64,000 nucleotides of DNA from an uncultured delta proteobacterium (GCA_963778655.1 CAVZVA010000010.1:992001-1056000), one strand, 5' to 3'; counted from the first letter of the stretch, positions 39,067 to 48,708 are shown. The notes: generated from the sequence alone by a model not told the origin. A program made the numbers and translations.

Positions 39067-39095
39067 TTTGCCGGCAGCCGGACTCAGGCTAGAGT
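39067..39095 (+). promoter_or_regulatory. Sigma70-like promoter for an intergenic RNA
   Basis: TTGCCG (39068-39073)-N16-TAGAGT (39090-39095). Confidence 0.55.
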
Positions 39096-39100
39096 GAGAC

Positions 39101-39391
39101 GCGTGCGGCGGATGGGCGGAAGCCCCGGATCGGTCCGAAAACCGCAAGGAATCGCGCCGCGCCCGACGCGGGAGCCCTCGGGGCTCCCCCACCTTGGAAC
39201 GTCCCTACGCGAATTCCAAAAAGCAGGGGCGCCGGCCACGGCCGGGGGAGGCAAGAGCAACATGCACAGTACCGACGGTCTCTTACAGGAGGGTCTGGTC
39301 AGCTAGCACTCTGCTCTGACCCTTGGCCCTCTCGCGTGAGAGGCCACCCTTGTTCGTTCGCAGCGGGCCGGCAACGGCCCGCTGTTTTTTT
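39101..39391 (+). ncRNA. Candidate orphan structured non-coding RNA (~290 nt)
   Basis: Own promoter and terminator, 5'/3' closing stem and at least seven hairpins; both flanking genes are on the minus strand. Confidence 0.6.
39361..39391 (+). terminator. Rho-independent terminator
   Basis: CAGCGGGCCG-GCAA-CGGCCCGCTG followed by T7. Confidence 0.9.
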
Positions 39392-39412
39392 GTGAGGCCG
39401 CGTGCCGCGCGC

Positions 39413-41473
39413 TCAGCGCCACCGCGTCCGAAACAGCCGGGTCCCGGTCAAGGCCATCGCCTGCGTGAAGCGCTCGGGATGGCTTTCGGCCCAGCGGGCC
39501 TCGAGCGGCTCTCCGCGCACCAGCAGGTAATCGATGCGCTGCGCGCGCAGGCGCCGCAGCCACGCCTGGTAGCTAGGCTGATCCCGGATCATGCCGCGCC
39601 GCCGGCAGGCGTTGCGGTCGCCGTCGGCCTCGATGTCGACGTAGCGCACCGTGTGCTGCAGGTCAGGTCCGAACAGTGGGTAGAAGAACCAACCTTCGGT
39701 GAAGTCGATGCCGCCCACCGCGAATGCGATGCGGCTGGGCGGCAGCTCGGCCATCCGCGGCCAGAAGTCCTTGAACGAATCCAGCACCGGGTGCAGATCG
39801 GTGCGCGTGCGGTAGCTCTCGGCGCGGTGCTGCTCGCGCCACGCGATCGACGCTGGCAGCGCGGCGAGCGCCCCGACGCCGCACAGCAGCCCCAGCGCGC
39901 GGAGCTGCCTGGCCTTGCGAGCGGCGGGCGTCGCGGCCGCGCTCGCCAGCGCAAGCAGCGCAGCGCCCGCGCCCAACGCCACCAGCCACGACGGGCTGCC
40001 CCACACCGGTTGCCGCACGATCGGCACGCCTTCGAGATAGCCGATCGCACACGCCAGCAGCACGGCTCCGGCAAGCGCCTGCACGCGCGCTGGCGCGCAG
40101 TCGAGCACGAGCGCGCAGGCCAGGCCGGCCGCGATCAGCGACGGCCCGAGAAAACGCGCATTGGCCGTGACGTAGATGCCGTTCCACGGGCTCACCAGGT
40201 AAGTCCACAACAGCAGCAGCGCGAGCCCGAGCAGCGCCGCCACCGCCACCCGACGCGGCTTCGGGATCGCGAGCAAGCCGAACAGCGGCAGCAGCAGCGC
40301 GATCGGATAGAGCGCCATCGGGCCGAGCGGATAGGGTTGCGGCGGCGGCGCCAGCAAGTACGCGGCCACCGCGGCCAGGGCGTTCTGCGACAGCACCGAG
40401 CTCTCCTGCAGCGTCCAGCGCAGCAGCGTCGAGCCCGCCCAGGGGCCGGCGCTGAAACCGGGCAGCCCCAGCGGATACAGCGGGTTGCCGCAGGCCCACG
40501 CGTTGCGCAGGTACCACGGCGCGGCCAGCAGCGACGCGCCCAGCGCGCCGCGCAGCGACCAGCGCCACGCTGCGCGCGGGTCGCGCCGCGCGCACAGCAA
40601 AGCCACCACCACGCCGCCGGCCGGCAGGCTCAGCGCGGTCGCCTTGACCGCGACCGCCATGCCCAGCCCGATCCACATCGCGAACAGGGCGCGCGGGTCG
40701 CCGCGCAGCGCGCGCAGGCCGCTGCCAAGCGCGCAGGTGAACGCGAACGCGGTCGCGACCTCGACGTAGCTCGGCGTGATGTAGGCGCTGAAGGCGGGGC
40801 ACAGCGCGATCACGGTGCAGCAGCCGTCCTGCACGCGGCGCCCCACGCCCAGCCGCTGCGCGCAGGCGCGCAGCGCGAGCGCGAGGCCGAGCCAGAGCGG
40901 GATGTTGACCAGATTGACCAGATGGTCCGCGTGAAACGGCAGCATGGCCAGGTAGAACAGCGCCTCCCCGGCCTTGGGGAAGGTCTCGTAGGCCTCCCAG
41001 ATGCCGCCCGCCTCGAAGCGCCCCACGCCGCCGTGCTGGATCCAGCTGGCCGCGTACGTCAGGTGATAGGTGAGCGCGTCCCAGCTCAGCGGCGGCAGCG
41101 CAAGCCCGCGTGCCAGCGCCAGCAGCGCGAGCGCGGGCAACGGCCACAGCAAGGGCGAGCGGCGCAGGCACAGCAGCCCCGCACGGGCGCAGGTGGTGAG
41201 CCGCGCCCGGCTGCGCGGGCCGTCGAGCGCGAGCGCGATCGCGCCGGGCAGCACACAGCCCGCCGAGACGCTGCCCAGGCTCGCTGCGCCGCCGACCAGC
41301 AGGATCGACGTCACCGCCATTGCTAGCGCGGTCGCCAGCAAGCCGATTTCGAGGGCCGCCTCGTTGGGGCTGCAGGCCGGGCTCAGGCGCGCGCTGAGCG
41401 AGGCGCCGGCCAGCAGCAGCGAGGCGGCGATCACGCCGAGCAGCGCCGTCCCGAAGAGCACCGCGGCCGTCAT
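39413..41473 (-). CDS. Polytopic membrane protein, probable GT-C type glycosyltransferase
   Basis: WDALTYHL, PWYLRN...GNPLYP and many TM helices. Confidence 0.7.
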   Translation of the reverse strand: MTAAVLFGTALLGVIAASLLLAGASLSARLSPACSPNEAALEIGLLATALAMAVTSILLVGGAASLGSVSAGCVLPGAIALALDGPRSRARLTTCARAGLLCLRRSPLLWPLPALALLALARGLALPPLSWDALTYHLTYAASWIQHGGVGRFEAGGIWEAYETFPKAGEALFYLAMLPFHADHLVNLVNIPLWLGLALALRACAQRLGVGRRVQDGCCTVIALCPAFSAYITPSYVEVATAFAFTCALGSGLRALRGDPRALFAMWIGLGMAVAVKATALSLPAGGVVVALLCARRDPRAAWRWSLRGALGASLLAAPWYLRNAWACGNPLYPLGLPGFSAGPWAGSTLLRWTLQESSVLSQNALAAVAAYLLAPPPQPYPLGPMALYPIALLLPLFGLLAIPKPRRVAVAALLGLALLLLWTYLVSPWNGIYVTANARFLGPSLIAAGLACALVLDCAPARVQALAGAVLLACAIGYLEGVPIVRQPVWGSPSWLVALGAGAALLALASAAATPAARKARQLRALGLLCGVGALAALPASIAWREQHRAESYRTRTDLHPVLDSFKDFWPRMAELPPSRIAFAVGGIDFTEGWFFYPLFGPDLQHTVRYVDIEADGDRNACRRRGMIRDQPSYQAWLRRLRAQRIDYLLVRGEPLEARWAESHPERFTQAMALTGTRLFRTRWR

Positions 41474-41556
41474 GTTGCGAGGATAACCGGCCCGGCCCGC
41501 GGGACGCAGCAAACGCGGGCCGCGCCCGCGCCGGACGCCGTGCTACAACCGCCGGC

Positions 41557-42333
41557 ATGGCCCGCCGCGATCGCGAGCACGAGCCGCGCGCGCAGGCCAA
41601 GGCCGAGCGCGTATACGGGCTGGCAGCGGCGCTTTCGGTGATGCGCGTGCGCTCGCAGGCCGTGCTGAGCATCGCGCACACCGCCGCGGTGCGCGGCGAG
41701 CTCGGCCCGATGCTGCGGCAGGCCGCGCGGCGCCGCATCGCCTACCGCGAGGTGGGCGAGCAGGAGCTGAGCCGGATGGCGGGCGCGCTGCACCACGAGG
41801 GCGTGTGTCTGCTGGTGCGGCCGCGCGCGCGCGCGACGCTCGCCGAGCTGGATCGCCAAAGCCAGCCGCGTGGCTTGCTGCTGGCGCTCGACGGCGTCAG
41901 CAATCCGCACAACGTCGGCGCGGTGCTGCGCAGCGCCGCGTTCTTCGGCGCCGCGGGTATGCTGCTCGCCGCCGCCGACGGGGACCGCTCGCCGCTCACG
42001 CCGGCCGCCGTGCGCGTGGCCGAAGGCGGCGCCGAACAGGTGAAGCTCGCATGGGTGGACGGGCTAGCCGCCGGCCTGCAGTCGCTGCGCGGCAGTGGGC
42101 TCGCGGTGATCGGCAGCGATGCGCGCGCGGGCACGCCGCTGCACGCGCTGCGCTGGCCCGAGCGCTGCGTGCTCGTGCTCGGCAGCGAGGATCGCGGGCT
42201 CACACCCGCGGTGCGCAAGGCGTGCAGCGCGCTGGTGCACATCGAGGGCAGCGGCGCGCTCGACTCGCTCAACGTCTCGGTCGCCGCAGGCGTGCTGCTC
42301 GCGAGCTACACAGCCGCGCATCGGGTGGTCTGA
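41557..42333 (+). CDS. TrmH/SpoU family RNA methyltransferase
   Basis: HEGV, LDGVSNPHNVGAVLRSA, LGSEDRGL, DSLNVSVA. Confidence 0.93.
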   Translation: MARRDREHEPRAQAKAERVYGLAAALSVMRVRSQAVLSIAHTAAVRGELGPMLRQAARRRIAYREVGEQELSRMAGALHHEGVCLLVRPRARATLAELDRQSQPRGLLLALDGVSNPHNVGAVLRSAAFFGAAGMLLAAADGDRSPLTPAAVRVAEGGAEQVKLAWVDGLAAGLQSLRGSGLAVIGSDARAGTPLHALRWPERCVLVLGSEDRGLTPAVRKACSALVHIEGSGALDSLNVSVAAGVLLASYTAAHRVV

Positions 42334-42546
42334 CACCCAATCGTTGCTGCGATCCCCTTGTTCTGCGCGCGTCCCGCGCGCGCGGCTGAAGAAATGACCA
42401 TAGACAGCCTGCACGCAAGCTCGTAACTGATCCAGCAGGGCCGCGTAGCGGCGCACCATACCAGGAGCGGGGGAGGCCCATCTGCATGCGCGCGACGCGT
42501 GCGCGGCGGGATCCGCCCAGCGCTTCGAACCGTCGAGGAGAACGCA

Positions 42547-44058
42547 ATGCATCGAGAGCAAAGACAGCCCAAGGCCGAGCAGAAAGCTTTCCGTAGTTCG
42601 TGCCTGCTGCGGTCGCTGGCGCCCTGGCTGGGAGCGATGGTGCTGCTCGGCGGCGCCGCGGTCGCGCGCGCCAACAGCACGGACGCCGCCGACTGGACGA
42701 TGTACAACTACGACGCCGCGGGCACACGCGACAACACCGCCGAGCACACCTTGGCCCCTGGCAACGTCAGCGGCCTGCACGTGTACTGGCAATACCCCAC
42801 CCCCGCTCCGGTCTCGGGGACGCCGATCGTGGTCGACGGCAACGTGTACGCCGGCGACATGGCGGGCAACTTCTACGCGCTAGGCGGCGACGGCTCGCTG
42901 CTCTGGAGCTTCACGGCCGACGCATCGATCACAGCGAGCGCCGCGGTCAAGAACAACGTCGTGGTGTTCGGCGACACTTCCGGCAAGCTCTACGGGCTCA
43001 GCCGCAACAACGGCAAGCTGAAGTGGTCGATGCGCCCGGACCCGCACCCGCTGGCCGCGATCTGGGGATCGCCGACCCCAGTCGGCCCCAACATGGCGGT
43101 CGGCGTGGCTTCGAACGAAGAGGCCGCCGCCGCCGATCTCACCTACCCGTGCTGCTCCACGCGTGGATCCATGGTCCTGCTCAACCCCGAGAACGGGCAC
43201 ATCATCTGGCAGACCTTCACCATCACCGATCAGGAGCGGGCCGCGGGCGCGTCCGGCTCGAGCATCTGGAGCACGCCGACCTACGATCCCGGGCGCAACC
43301 TGATCTATGCCACCACCGGCAACAACTTCAGCCAGCCCACCAATGGCACCAGCGACGCGATCATGGCGTTCGATGCTGGCTCGGGCGCGGTGCGCTGGGT
43401 CACGCAGCTCAACCCCAACGACGAGTGGAATTTCCGCTTCCCGTACTCGGCAGAGCACCCCGACGCCGACTTTGGCGACTCTGCGCAGGTCTACACCCTG
43501 CCGGACGGACACCTGGTGGTGGGCGCGGGCCAGAAGAGCGGCTTCTACCACGTGCTGGACGCGGCCAGCGGTGCGCTCGTGCACCAGGACCAGTACCAGG
43601 TCGGTGGCTCCCTTGGCGGGCTGTTCGCCGATTCGGCCGTGGCTGGCGGCGTGGTCTTCGCGAACGGCGTCGACTGGCCGACCCCTGGAGCGGGCGCGCC
43701 CAACAGCGGCGCCCTGATCGCGATTTCAGGTGACGGCGCCCATGAGCTATGGCGCTTCACCACGCCCTACTCGCCCGATTTCAGTGGCGTCGCCGTGGCC
43801 AACGGCGTCGTCTACTTCACCTCCTGGGGATTCCCCGTCGTGGGGGGGCTCCAAGGGTATCTGTATGCGCTGGACGCGGCCAGCGGCGCAACGCTGGCCC
43901 AGGTCGAGCTCGGAGAGGCGAGCGAAACGTTCAAGCCCACGTCGACCTCGGGACCTGCCATCTCTCGCGGCATGGTCTACGTCGGCACCGGCGACGCGAT
44001 TGCCGCGGGCTTCAACTTGGGCGTGGGCCCGGGCACGATCACCGCGCTAGGGCTGTAA
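42547..44058 (+). CDS. Secreted PQQ-binding beta-propeller protein (polyvinyl-alcohol-dehydrogenase-like)
   Basis: Signal peptide, repeated LxAxxGxxxW blades, vicinal cysteines YPCCSTRGS, DADFG, AGQKSG. Confidence 0.82.
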   Translation: MHREQRQPKAEQKAFRSSCLLRSLAPWLGAMVLLGGAAVARANSTDAADWTMYNYDAAGTRDNTAEHTLAPGNVSGLHVYWQYPTPAPVSGTPIVVDGNVYAGDMAGNFYALGGDGSLLWSFTADASITASAAVKNNVVVFGDTSGKLYGLSRNNGKLKWSMRPDPHPLAAIWGSPTPVGPNMAVGVASNEEAAAADLTYPCCSTRGSMVLLNPENGHIIWQTFTITDQERAAGASGSSIWSTPTYDPGRNLIYATTGNNFSQPTNGTSDAIMAFDAGSGAVRWVTQLNPNDEWNFRFPYSAEHPDADFGDSAQVYTLPDGHLVVGAGQKSGFYHVLDAASGALVHQDQYQVGGSLGGLFADSAVAGGVVFANGVDWPTPGAGAPNSGALIAISGDGAHELWRFTTPYSPDFSGVAVANGVVYFTSWGFPVVGGLQGYLYALDAASGATLAQVELGEASETFKPTSTSGPAISRGMVYVGTGDAIAAGFNLGVGPGTITALGL

Positions 44059-44219
44059 GAGTTTCAGGCTGACACGCGACGTGCGCGGGCCTACGGGCCG
44101 TCACCCGGAATGCCTTATGGGGGCGGCCGGGCCCGCGCATTTTCTTCTTCCCTGTGGCGTTGCGGCGGTGTTACCCACCAGCGACTCGGATCTGACGTTC
44201 GTTTTGGCGGCCGCCAAAT

Positions 44220-45569
44220 ATGCCCAACTCGGTGCTTTCTCCGGAGGCGGCGCTGGCCGTCGTCGAGGCGGCCTATGAGCTCGACTGCGCGGCCGAAGCC
44301 TGGCTCGGCTCGCTGGCCGCCGCCTTCGCCGCGGGGGTCGACGGCGGATACGGTGGCGCCGGCCACCGCTTCGACGCGCGCGCCGCGGCGCTGCAGCTCG
44401 ACTGCAGCGTGCAGCGATCGACGAGCGGCGCGACGCCTTTGCCGTTCGCGCTTGCCGGCGCACCCAGCGTTGCGCTGCGCGAGCTGTGTCGCGGTCGAGC
44501 CGGCGTGTTGCCCGCGGCGGTCTTGGAGCCTGAAGAAGCCGCTGCGCTTGCGGGCCTCGGGCACGCGCTTCCGCGCGACCACGACGTCGTGCTGCTGGTC
44601 GCTAGTGACGGACACGGGCTCGGCTGGCTGCTTGCGGCTGCAGCCCCACGCGGAGCGCGCCTGTCCGCGGTCCAGCGCGAGCGCTGGCAGCGGGTCGCGC
44701 TGCAGGTGGTGGCGGCCGGCCAGCTACGCGCCGGGCTTGCGCGCGCGCTGCCGGCGGCGGCTGCGGGCGCGCATCCCAAACCCGCCAGCGCGCGCCTGCG
44801 GGATGCGGCGGTCGCCTGTCTTCGTACGGCTCAGAGCGCCGCGGAGCGCGCGCCGGTCGAGCCCGGCGCAGCGTGGACGGCACTTGCCAGTGGCAGCTGG
44901 TCGCTGGTCGATCTGTTCGAGACCGACGGGCGCTGCGTGCTGATCGCGCGTGGCAATCCCGCTGGCGCCGCCGACCCGCGCGCGCTCACGCAGCGCGAGC
45001 GCCAGGTCGCGGAGCAGGCCGCACGCGGTCGCTCGGGCAAGGAGATCGCCTATGAGCTGGGGCTGCGCGCGCCGACCGTGTCGCAGCTCCTGCACAATGC
45101 CGTGCGCAAGCTGCGCGCCGCGGGCGTGGCACAGCTCGGCTCCGTTGTCCGCGCTTTGGGACATCCCAGCGCCGAGCGCGAGCGTCCGTCATGGACAATT
45201 GACTATGGCGGACCCTGGCGACAATGTGGCAGCAACACCGACATCGCCATGGGACAGGGAGCGACCGGCATGCCACCGGCTGTGCAGGGATGGATTCCGG
45301 CAGCAGGCCAAGTCGAGACCCGGCGCCTGGTGGTCGACGGTATCGAGCTTCTGGTGTTGAGCTTCCCGGCGGTCCCGGCCCTGCTTCCGGCCGACCTCTC
45401 GGCGGCAGAGCGCGACGTGCTGCGCTGGCTGCTGCGCGGTGAGAGCAACGCGCAGGTCGCGGCGCGACGCCAGACCGCGGTGCGCACCGCGGCCAATCAA
45501 GTAGCCTCCATCTTTCGCAAGATCGGGGTGGCCTCGCGGGCTGAGCTGGCGGCGCGACTGGCCCGTTGA
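44220..45569 (+). CDS. Transcriptional regulator with two LuxR-type HTH domains
   Basis: LTQRERQV...GRSGKEIAYELG and LSAAERDV...GESNAQVA...SIFRKIGV.SRAEL. Confidence 0.78.
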   Translation: MPNSVLSPEAALAVVEAAYELDCAAEAWLGSLAAAFAAGVDGGYGGAGHRFDARAAALQLDCSVQRSTSGATPLPFALAGAPSVALRELCRGRAGVLPAAVLEPEEAAALAGLGHALPRDHDVVLLVASDGHGLGWLLAAAAPRGARLSAVQRERWQRVALQVVAAGQLRAGLARALPAAAAGAHPKPASARLRDAAVACLRTAQSAAERAPVEPGAAWTALASGSWSLVDLFETDGRCVLIARGNPAGAADPRALTQRERQVAEQAARGRSGKEIAYELGLRAPTVSQLLHNAVRKLRAAGVAQLGSVVRALGHPSAERERPSWTIDYGGPWRQCGSNTDIAMGQGATGMPPAVQGWIPAAGQVETRRLVVDGIELLVLSFPAVPALLPADLSAAERDVLRWLLRGESNAQVAARRQTAVRTAANQVASIFRKIGVASRAELAARLAR

Positions 45570-45832
45570 TCCCAGTGCCGGCGCGGCTCGAGGTCTTCTC
45601 GGGCCCGTGCAATGGCGGCGCGGGTCAAAGGGCGCTGTGCGTGTCTGTCCTACCGCATATCTGGGTTGACCACGACGCGGAACTGACGCTGGCCGGCGGC
45701 GGCGGTTTCGCTGCTGTTGCCGGCGGATGAGATCGCCGCAACAAATGCCCGCGCGCTGCGCGAACCCGCGCGGCGCGCGCTATCGTGCGCGCAGGTGAAC
45801 GCGGGCGCCGCAGCGCTCGCGCGGTGGCGGCG

Positions 45833-46756
45833 ATGGAAGCAGCGGTCGAGGCAGGCACGCAGCGGGTCATCGACGGCCGGCGGCGCGTCTACTACCACGG
45901 CTACTGGATCAAGGTGTACGACCCGCCGGCCGACTCGCTCGAGCAGAAGAAGCAGCTGATCGAGGCGTTGACGCGGCGCCTGTTCAACCACGTCGAGCAC
46001 GGGATCAACGTGCCGGGCAGGCGGCTCGACGAGGCGCGCGCGGCCTATGACATCGAGCGGGACCCGCAGCGCAAACGCGTCAAGGGCGCGATGCTCGCTG
46101 GCGCGCTGTTCAACCGCGCCACCGACATCTTCAAGAAGCTGGTCGAGCTCCAGGAGCTCGGCGTGGCGATCGGCCCGGACAACGCACTGATGCGAGAGTG
46201 CGGCGAGCACCTGGAAGAGGCGCTGGCGCTCGGCAAGCTGGTGCTGCACCGCAGCGGCGACGAGGGCATCGACGAGTTGTGGGGCGAGCCGCTCAAGGCG
46301 TTCCTGTTTCCGGTCGACGACTTCTACAAGAGCCGCTACGTGAAGATCGCGCAGGCGATGGGCGCGATCGACCGCATCTGCGACGAGTTGCGCGTGACGC
46401 TCGCCGGCCTGCCGATGTTCGCCGGCCTCGAGCCATTGCTGGACGAGCTCTGCGATGCGGCCAAGCTCAAGTCCGAGACCTTGCGCACCGACTCCGAGAT
46501 CTTCGAGATCTGGTCGCGCTTTGTGGTCGCCAGCGAGAACGCCGGCGCTTTCCGGCCGGCGCTGCCCACGGGCACGCGTGATCCGGCGCTGGCTCGTTGC
46601 GCCGAGCAGGGCGTGCGGCTGGTTCGCAGCGGCAAGGATCTGATCGCGTACATCACCCGCGCGCGGGTGCCGATGCCCAAGAGCACCGGCGAGCTGATCG
46701 CGCGCTGTCGCGCGTTCCGCGACGCGTGCGCCAGCCCCGCGCCGCCCGCGCCTTGA
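45833..46756 (+). CDS. Hypothetical protein, all-helical, function unknown
   Basis: Strong coding codon bias; motifs YYHGYWIK, AMLAGALFNRA, EGIDELWGEP. Confidence 0.8.
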   Translation: MEAAVEAGTQRVIDGRRRVYYHGYWIKVYDPPADSLEQKKQLIEALTRRLFNHVEHGINVPGRRLDEARAAYDIERDPQRKRVKGAMLAGALFNRATDIFKKLVELQELGVAIGPDNALMRECGEHLEEALALGKLVLHRSGDEGIDELWGEPLKAFLFPVDDFYKSRYVKIAQAMGAIDRICDELRVTLAGLPMFAGLEPLLDELCDAAKLKSETLRTDSEIFEIWSRFVVASENAGAFRPALPTGTRDPALARCAEQGVRLVRSGKDLIAYITRARVPMPKSTGELIARCRAFRDACASPAPPAP

Positions 46757-46862
46757 GCCGAGGATGCGCAGCGCGCCACCCGGCCGGCGGGCACGCACGC
46801 CGCTCACCCGTCCCTTTGCGCCTGTCGCGTTCCGGGCTAGCCTCCGCGCAGCGGAGGACCCC

Positions 46863-48161
46863 TTGGGTACGGTTCGCATCGGCATGATCGGCTGTGGCGT
46901 GGTGGGGCAGGGCGTGATGCGCCTGCTGCGCGAGAACGCCGCCAGCATCGAGGCGCGCCTGGGCGGCCGGATCGAGGTGCGGCGCATCGTCGCCCGCGAT
47001 CCGCACAAGCCGCGCGGCCCCTACGTCGCGCCGGAGCTGCTCGGCTACGATGTCGAGAGCCTGCTCGCGGACCCCGAAATCGACGTGGTGGTCGAGGTGA
47101 TGGGCGGGGTGGAGCGCGCGGGCGGCTACGTGCAGCGCGCGCTGCAGGCGGACAAGTCGGTGGTGACCGCCAACAAGGCGCTGCTCGCCGACCGCGGCCT
47201 CGCGCTGATGGAGCTGGCCGAGCAGCGTGGCGTCGATCTGTCCTTCGAGGCGGCGGTCGCCGGCGGCATCCCGGTCATCCGCGTGCTGCGCGAAGCGCTG
47301 GTCTCCGACCGCATCGTGGCGCTGCGCGGCATCATCAACGGCACCAGCAACTACATCCTGTCGCAGATGCACGAGCACGGCCTCGGCTTCGACCAGGCGC
47401 TGGCGCAGGCCCAGCAGGCCGGCTACGCCGAGGCCGATCCGAGCCTCGACGTCGGCGGCGGCGACGCGGCGCACAAGCTCACCATCCTGGCCACGCTGGC
47501 GTTCGGCCCGCGCGTCGAGCTCGGCTCGGTGACCACCGAAGGCATCGACACGGTGCAGGCGCTCGACATCGAGTTCGCGCGCCGTTTCGGCTACGTGATC
47601 AAGCCGCTCGCAGTCGCGCGCTCGCTCGCCGACGGGGCGCTCGAGCTGCACGTGCACCCGGCGCTGGTCGACCGCAGCGATCCGCTCGCGCACATCAACG
47701 GCGCGCTCAACGCCGTGCACATCGAGGGTGCGGCGCTCGGGCCGTGCCTGCTGTCGGGTCTGGGCGCCGGCGCGATGCCGACCGCGGTCAGCGTGGTCAG
47801 CGACATCGTCGACGTGGGCCGCAACCTGTTCATCGAGGCGCAGGGCCGGGTCGCTCACGGCCGGTTCGCCGCCGGTCGCAAGGCCAGTGTGCGCGACATG
47901 GCGGAGTACCGCGGCCGCTACTACCTGCGCTTCGCGGTGCGTGATCAGCGGGGCGTGTTAGGCAAGCTCGCCACCGCGCTCGGCGCGCGCGACGTCTCGA
48001 TTGCGCAGATGGTGCAGGAGGGCCACGGCAAGGACGCGCCGGTGGCGGTGGTGGTGCTCACCCACCCGGCGCGCGAGGGCGACCTGCGCGCGGCCCTGGC
48101 CGAGATCGATCGCCTCGACTTCATGGTCGAGCCCACCCGCGCGCTGCGGATCGAGGGCTGA
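46863..48161 (+). CDS. hom: Homoserine dehydrogenase with ACT domain
   Basis: GCGVVG, VVTANK, FEAAVAGGIP, GYAEADP..D..G.DAAHK; TTG start with GGAGGA RBS. Confidence 0.95.
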   Translation: MGTVRIGMIGCGVVGQGVMRLLRENAASIEARLGGRIEVRRIVARDPHKPRGPYVAPELLGYDVESLLADPEIDVVVEVMGGVERAGGYVQRALQADKSVVTANKALLADRGLALMELAEQRGVDLSFEAAVAGGIPVIRVLREALVSDRIVALRGIINGTSNYILSQMHEHGLGFDQALAQAQQAGYAEADPSLDVGGGDAAHKLTILATLAFGPRVELGSVTTEGIDTVQALDIEFARRFGYVIKPLAVARSLADGALELHVHPALVDRSDPLAHINGALNAVHIEGAALGPCLLSGLGAGAMPTAVSVVSDIVDVGRNLFIEAQGRVAHGRFAAGRKASVRDMAEYRGRYYLRFAVRDQRGVLGKLATALGARDVSIAQMVQEGHGKDAPVAVVVLTHPAREGDLRAALAEIDRLDFMVEPTRALRIEG

Positions 48162-48225
48162 GCCGGTGGTGTGCGGAGCAACAGATCTGCGGCCAGTGCC
48201 GCTGCGCGGTCGCGGATAGGGCAGC

Positions 48226-48630
48226 ATGGCGGAGCGCGACCCCACAGGCGTCAAGGAGCTGCAAGCGTTGCTCGGGCGCGGCACCGAGTTCGAGGGCAAG
48301 CTCACCTTCGAGGGCCGCGTGCGCATCGACGGCACGCTGCGCGGGCAGATCTTCGGCGACGACGTGCTGATCCTGGGGCCCACGGCCGAGGTCCACGCCG
48401 ACATCGAGGTGGGCACGCTGATCGTGCGTGGCGGCGCGATCTGGGGCGAGATCAAGGCTCAGCGGCTGGTCGAGCTGTACGCGCCGTCTCGTGTGTACGG
48501 CGACATCGTGACCGGTCAGCTCTATCTCGACAAAGGCGTCACCTTCGAGGGTCGCTGCACCATGCTCGAGGAGCCACAGAAGCCCCACGAGCCCGCCGGC
48601 GAGGACCCCGAGTCGGAGCCCGCGGGCTGA
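48226..48630 (+). CDS. Bactofilin (polymer-forming cytoskeletal protein)
   Basis: LLGRGTEFEGKLTFEGRVRIDG...FEGRCTM. Confidence 0.92.
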   Translation: MAERDPTGVKELQALLGRGTEFEGKLTFEGRVRIDGTLRGQIFGDDVLILGPTAEVHADIEVGTLIVRGGAIWGEIKAQRLVELYAPSRVYGDIVTGQLYLDKGVTFEGRCTMLEEPQKPHEPAGEDPESEPAG

Positions 48631-48708
48631 CCGGGACGCCCGCGCAAGCGGGCGAAAACGCGGGTGTTTCGGGCTTGCATCGGGCACCCCGCGGGGTGCT
48701 CCGCTGGC

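Noticed and set aside
38878..39306. 142-aa plus-strand ORF as the explanation for the terminator at 39361
   Set aside because: Starts antisense inside trxC, upstream of the predicted promoter, and has low-complexity, non-coding-like composition.
39262..39306. Type I toxin
   Set aside because: The peptide is short, acidic and not hydrophobic, and no antisense promoter/terminator pair is evident.
39101..39391. Assignment to tmRNA, RNase P RNA, SRP RNA, 6S RNA, a riboswitch or a complete group II intron
   Set aside because: No tRNA-like ends or tag ORF, no GAGGAAAGUCC, no GGAAGGAAGCAGC, multi-branched rather than rod-like, no same-strand downstream gene, and no domain V.
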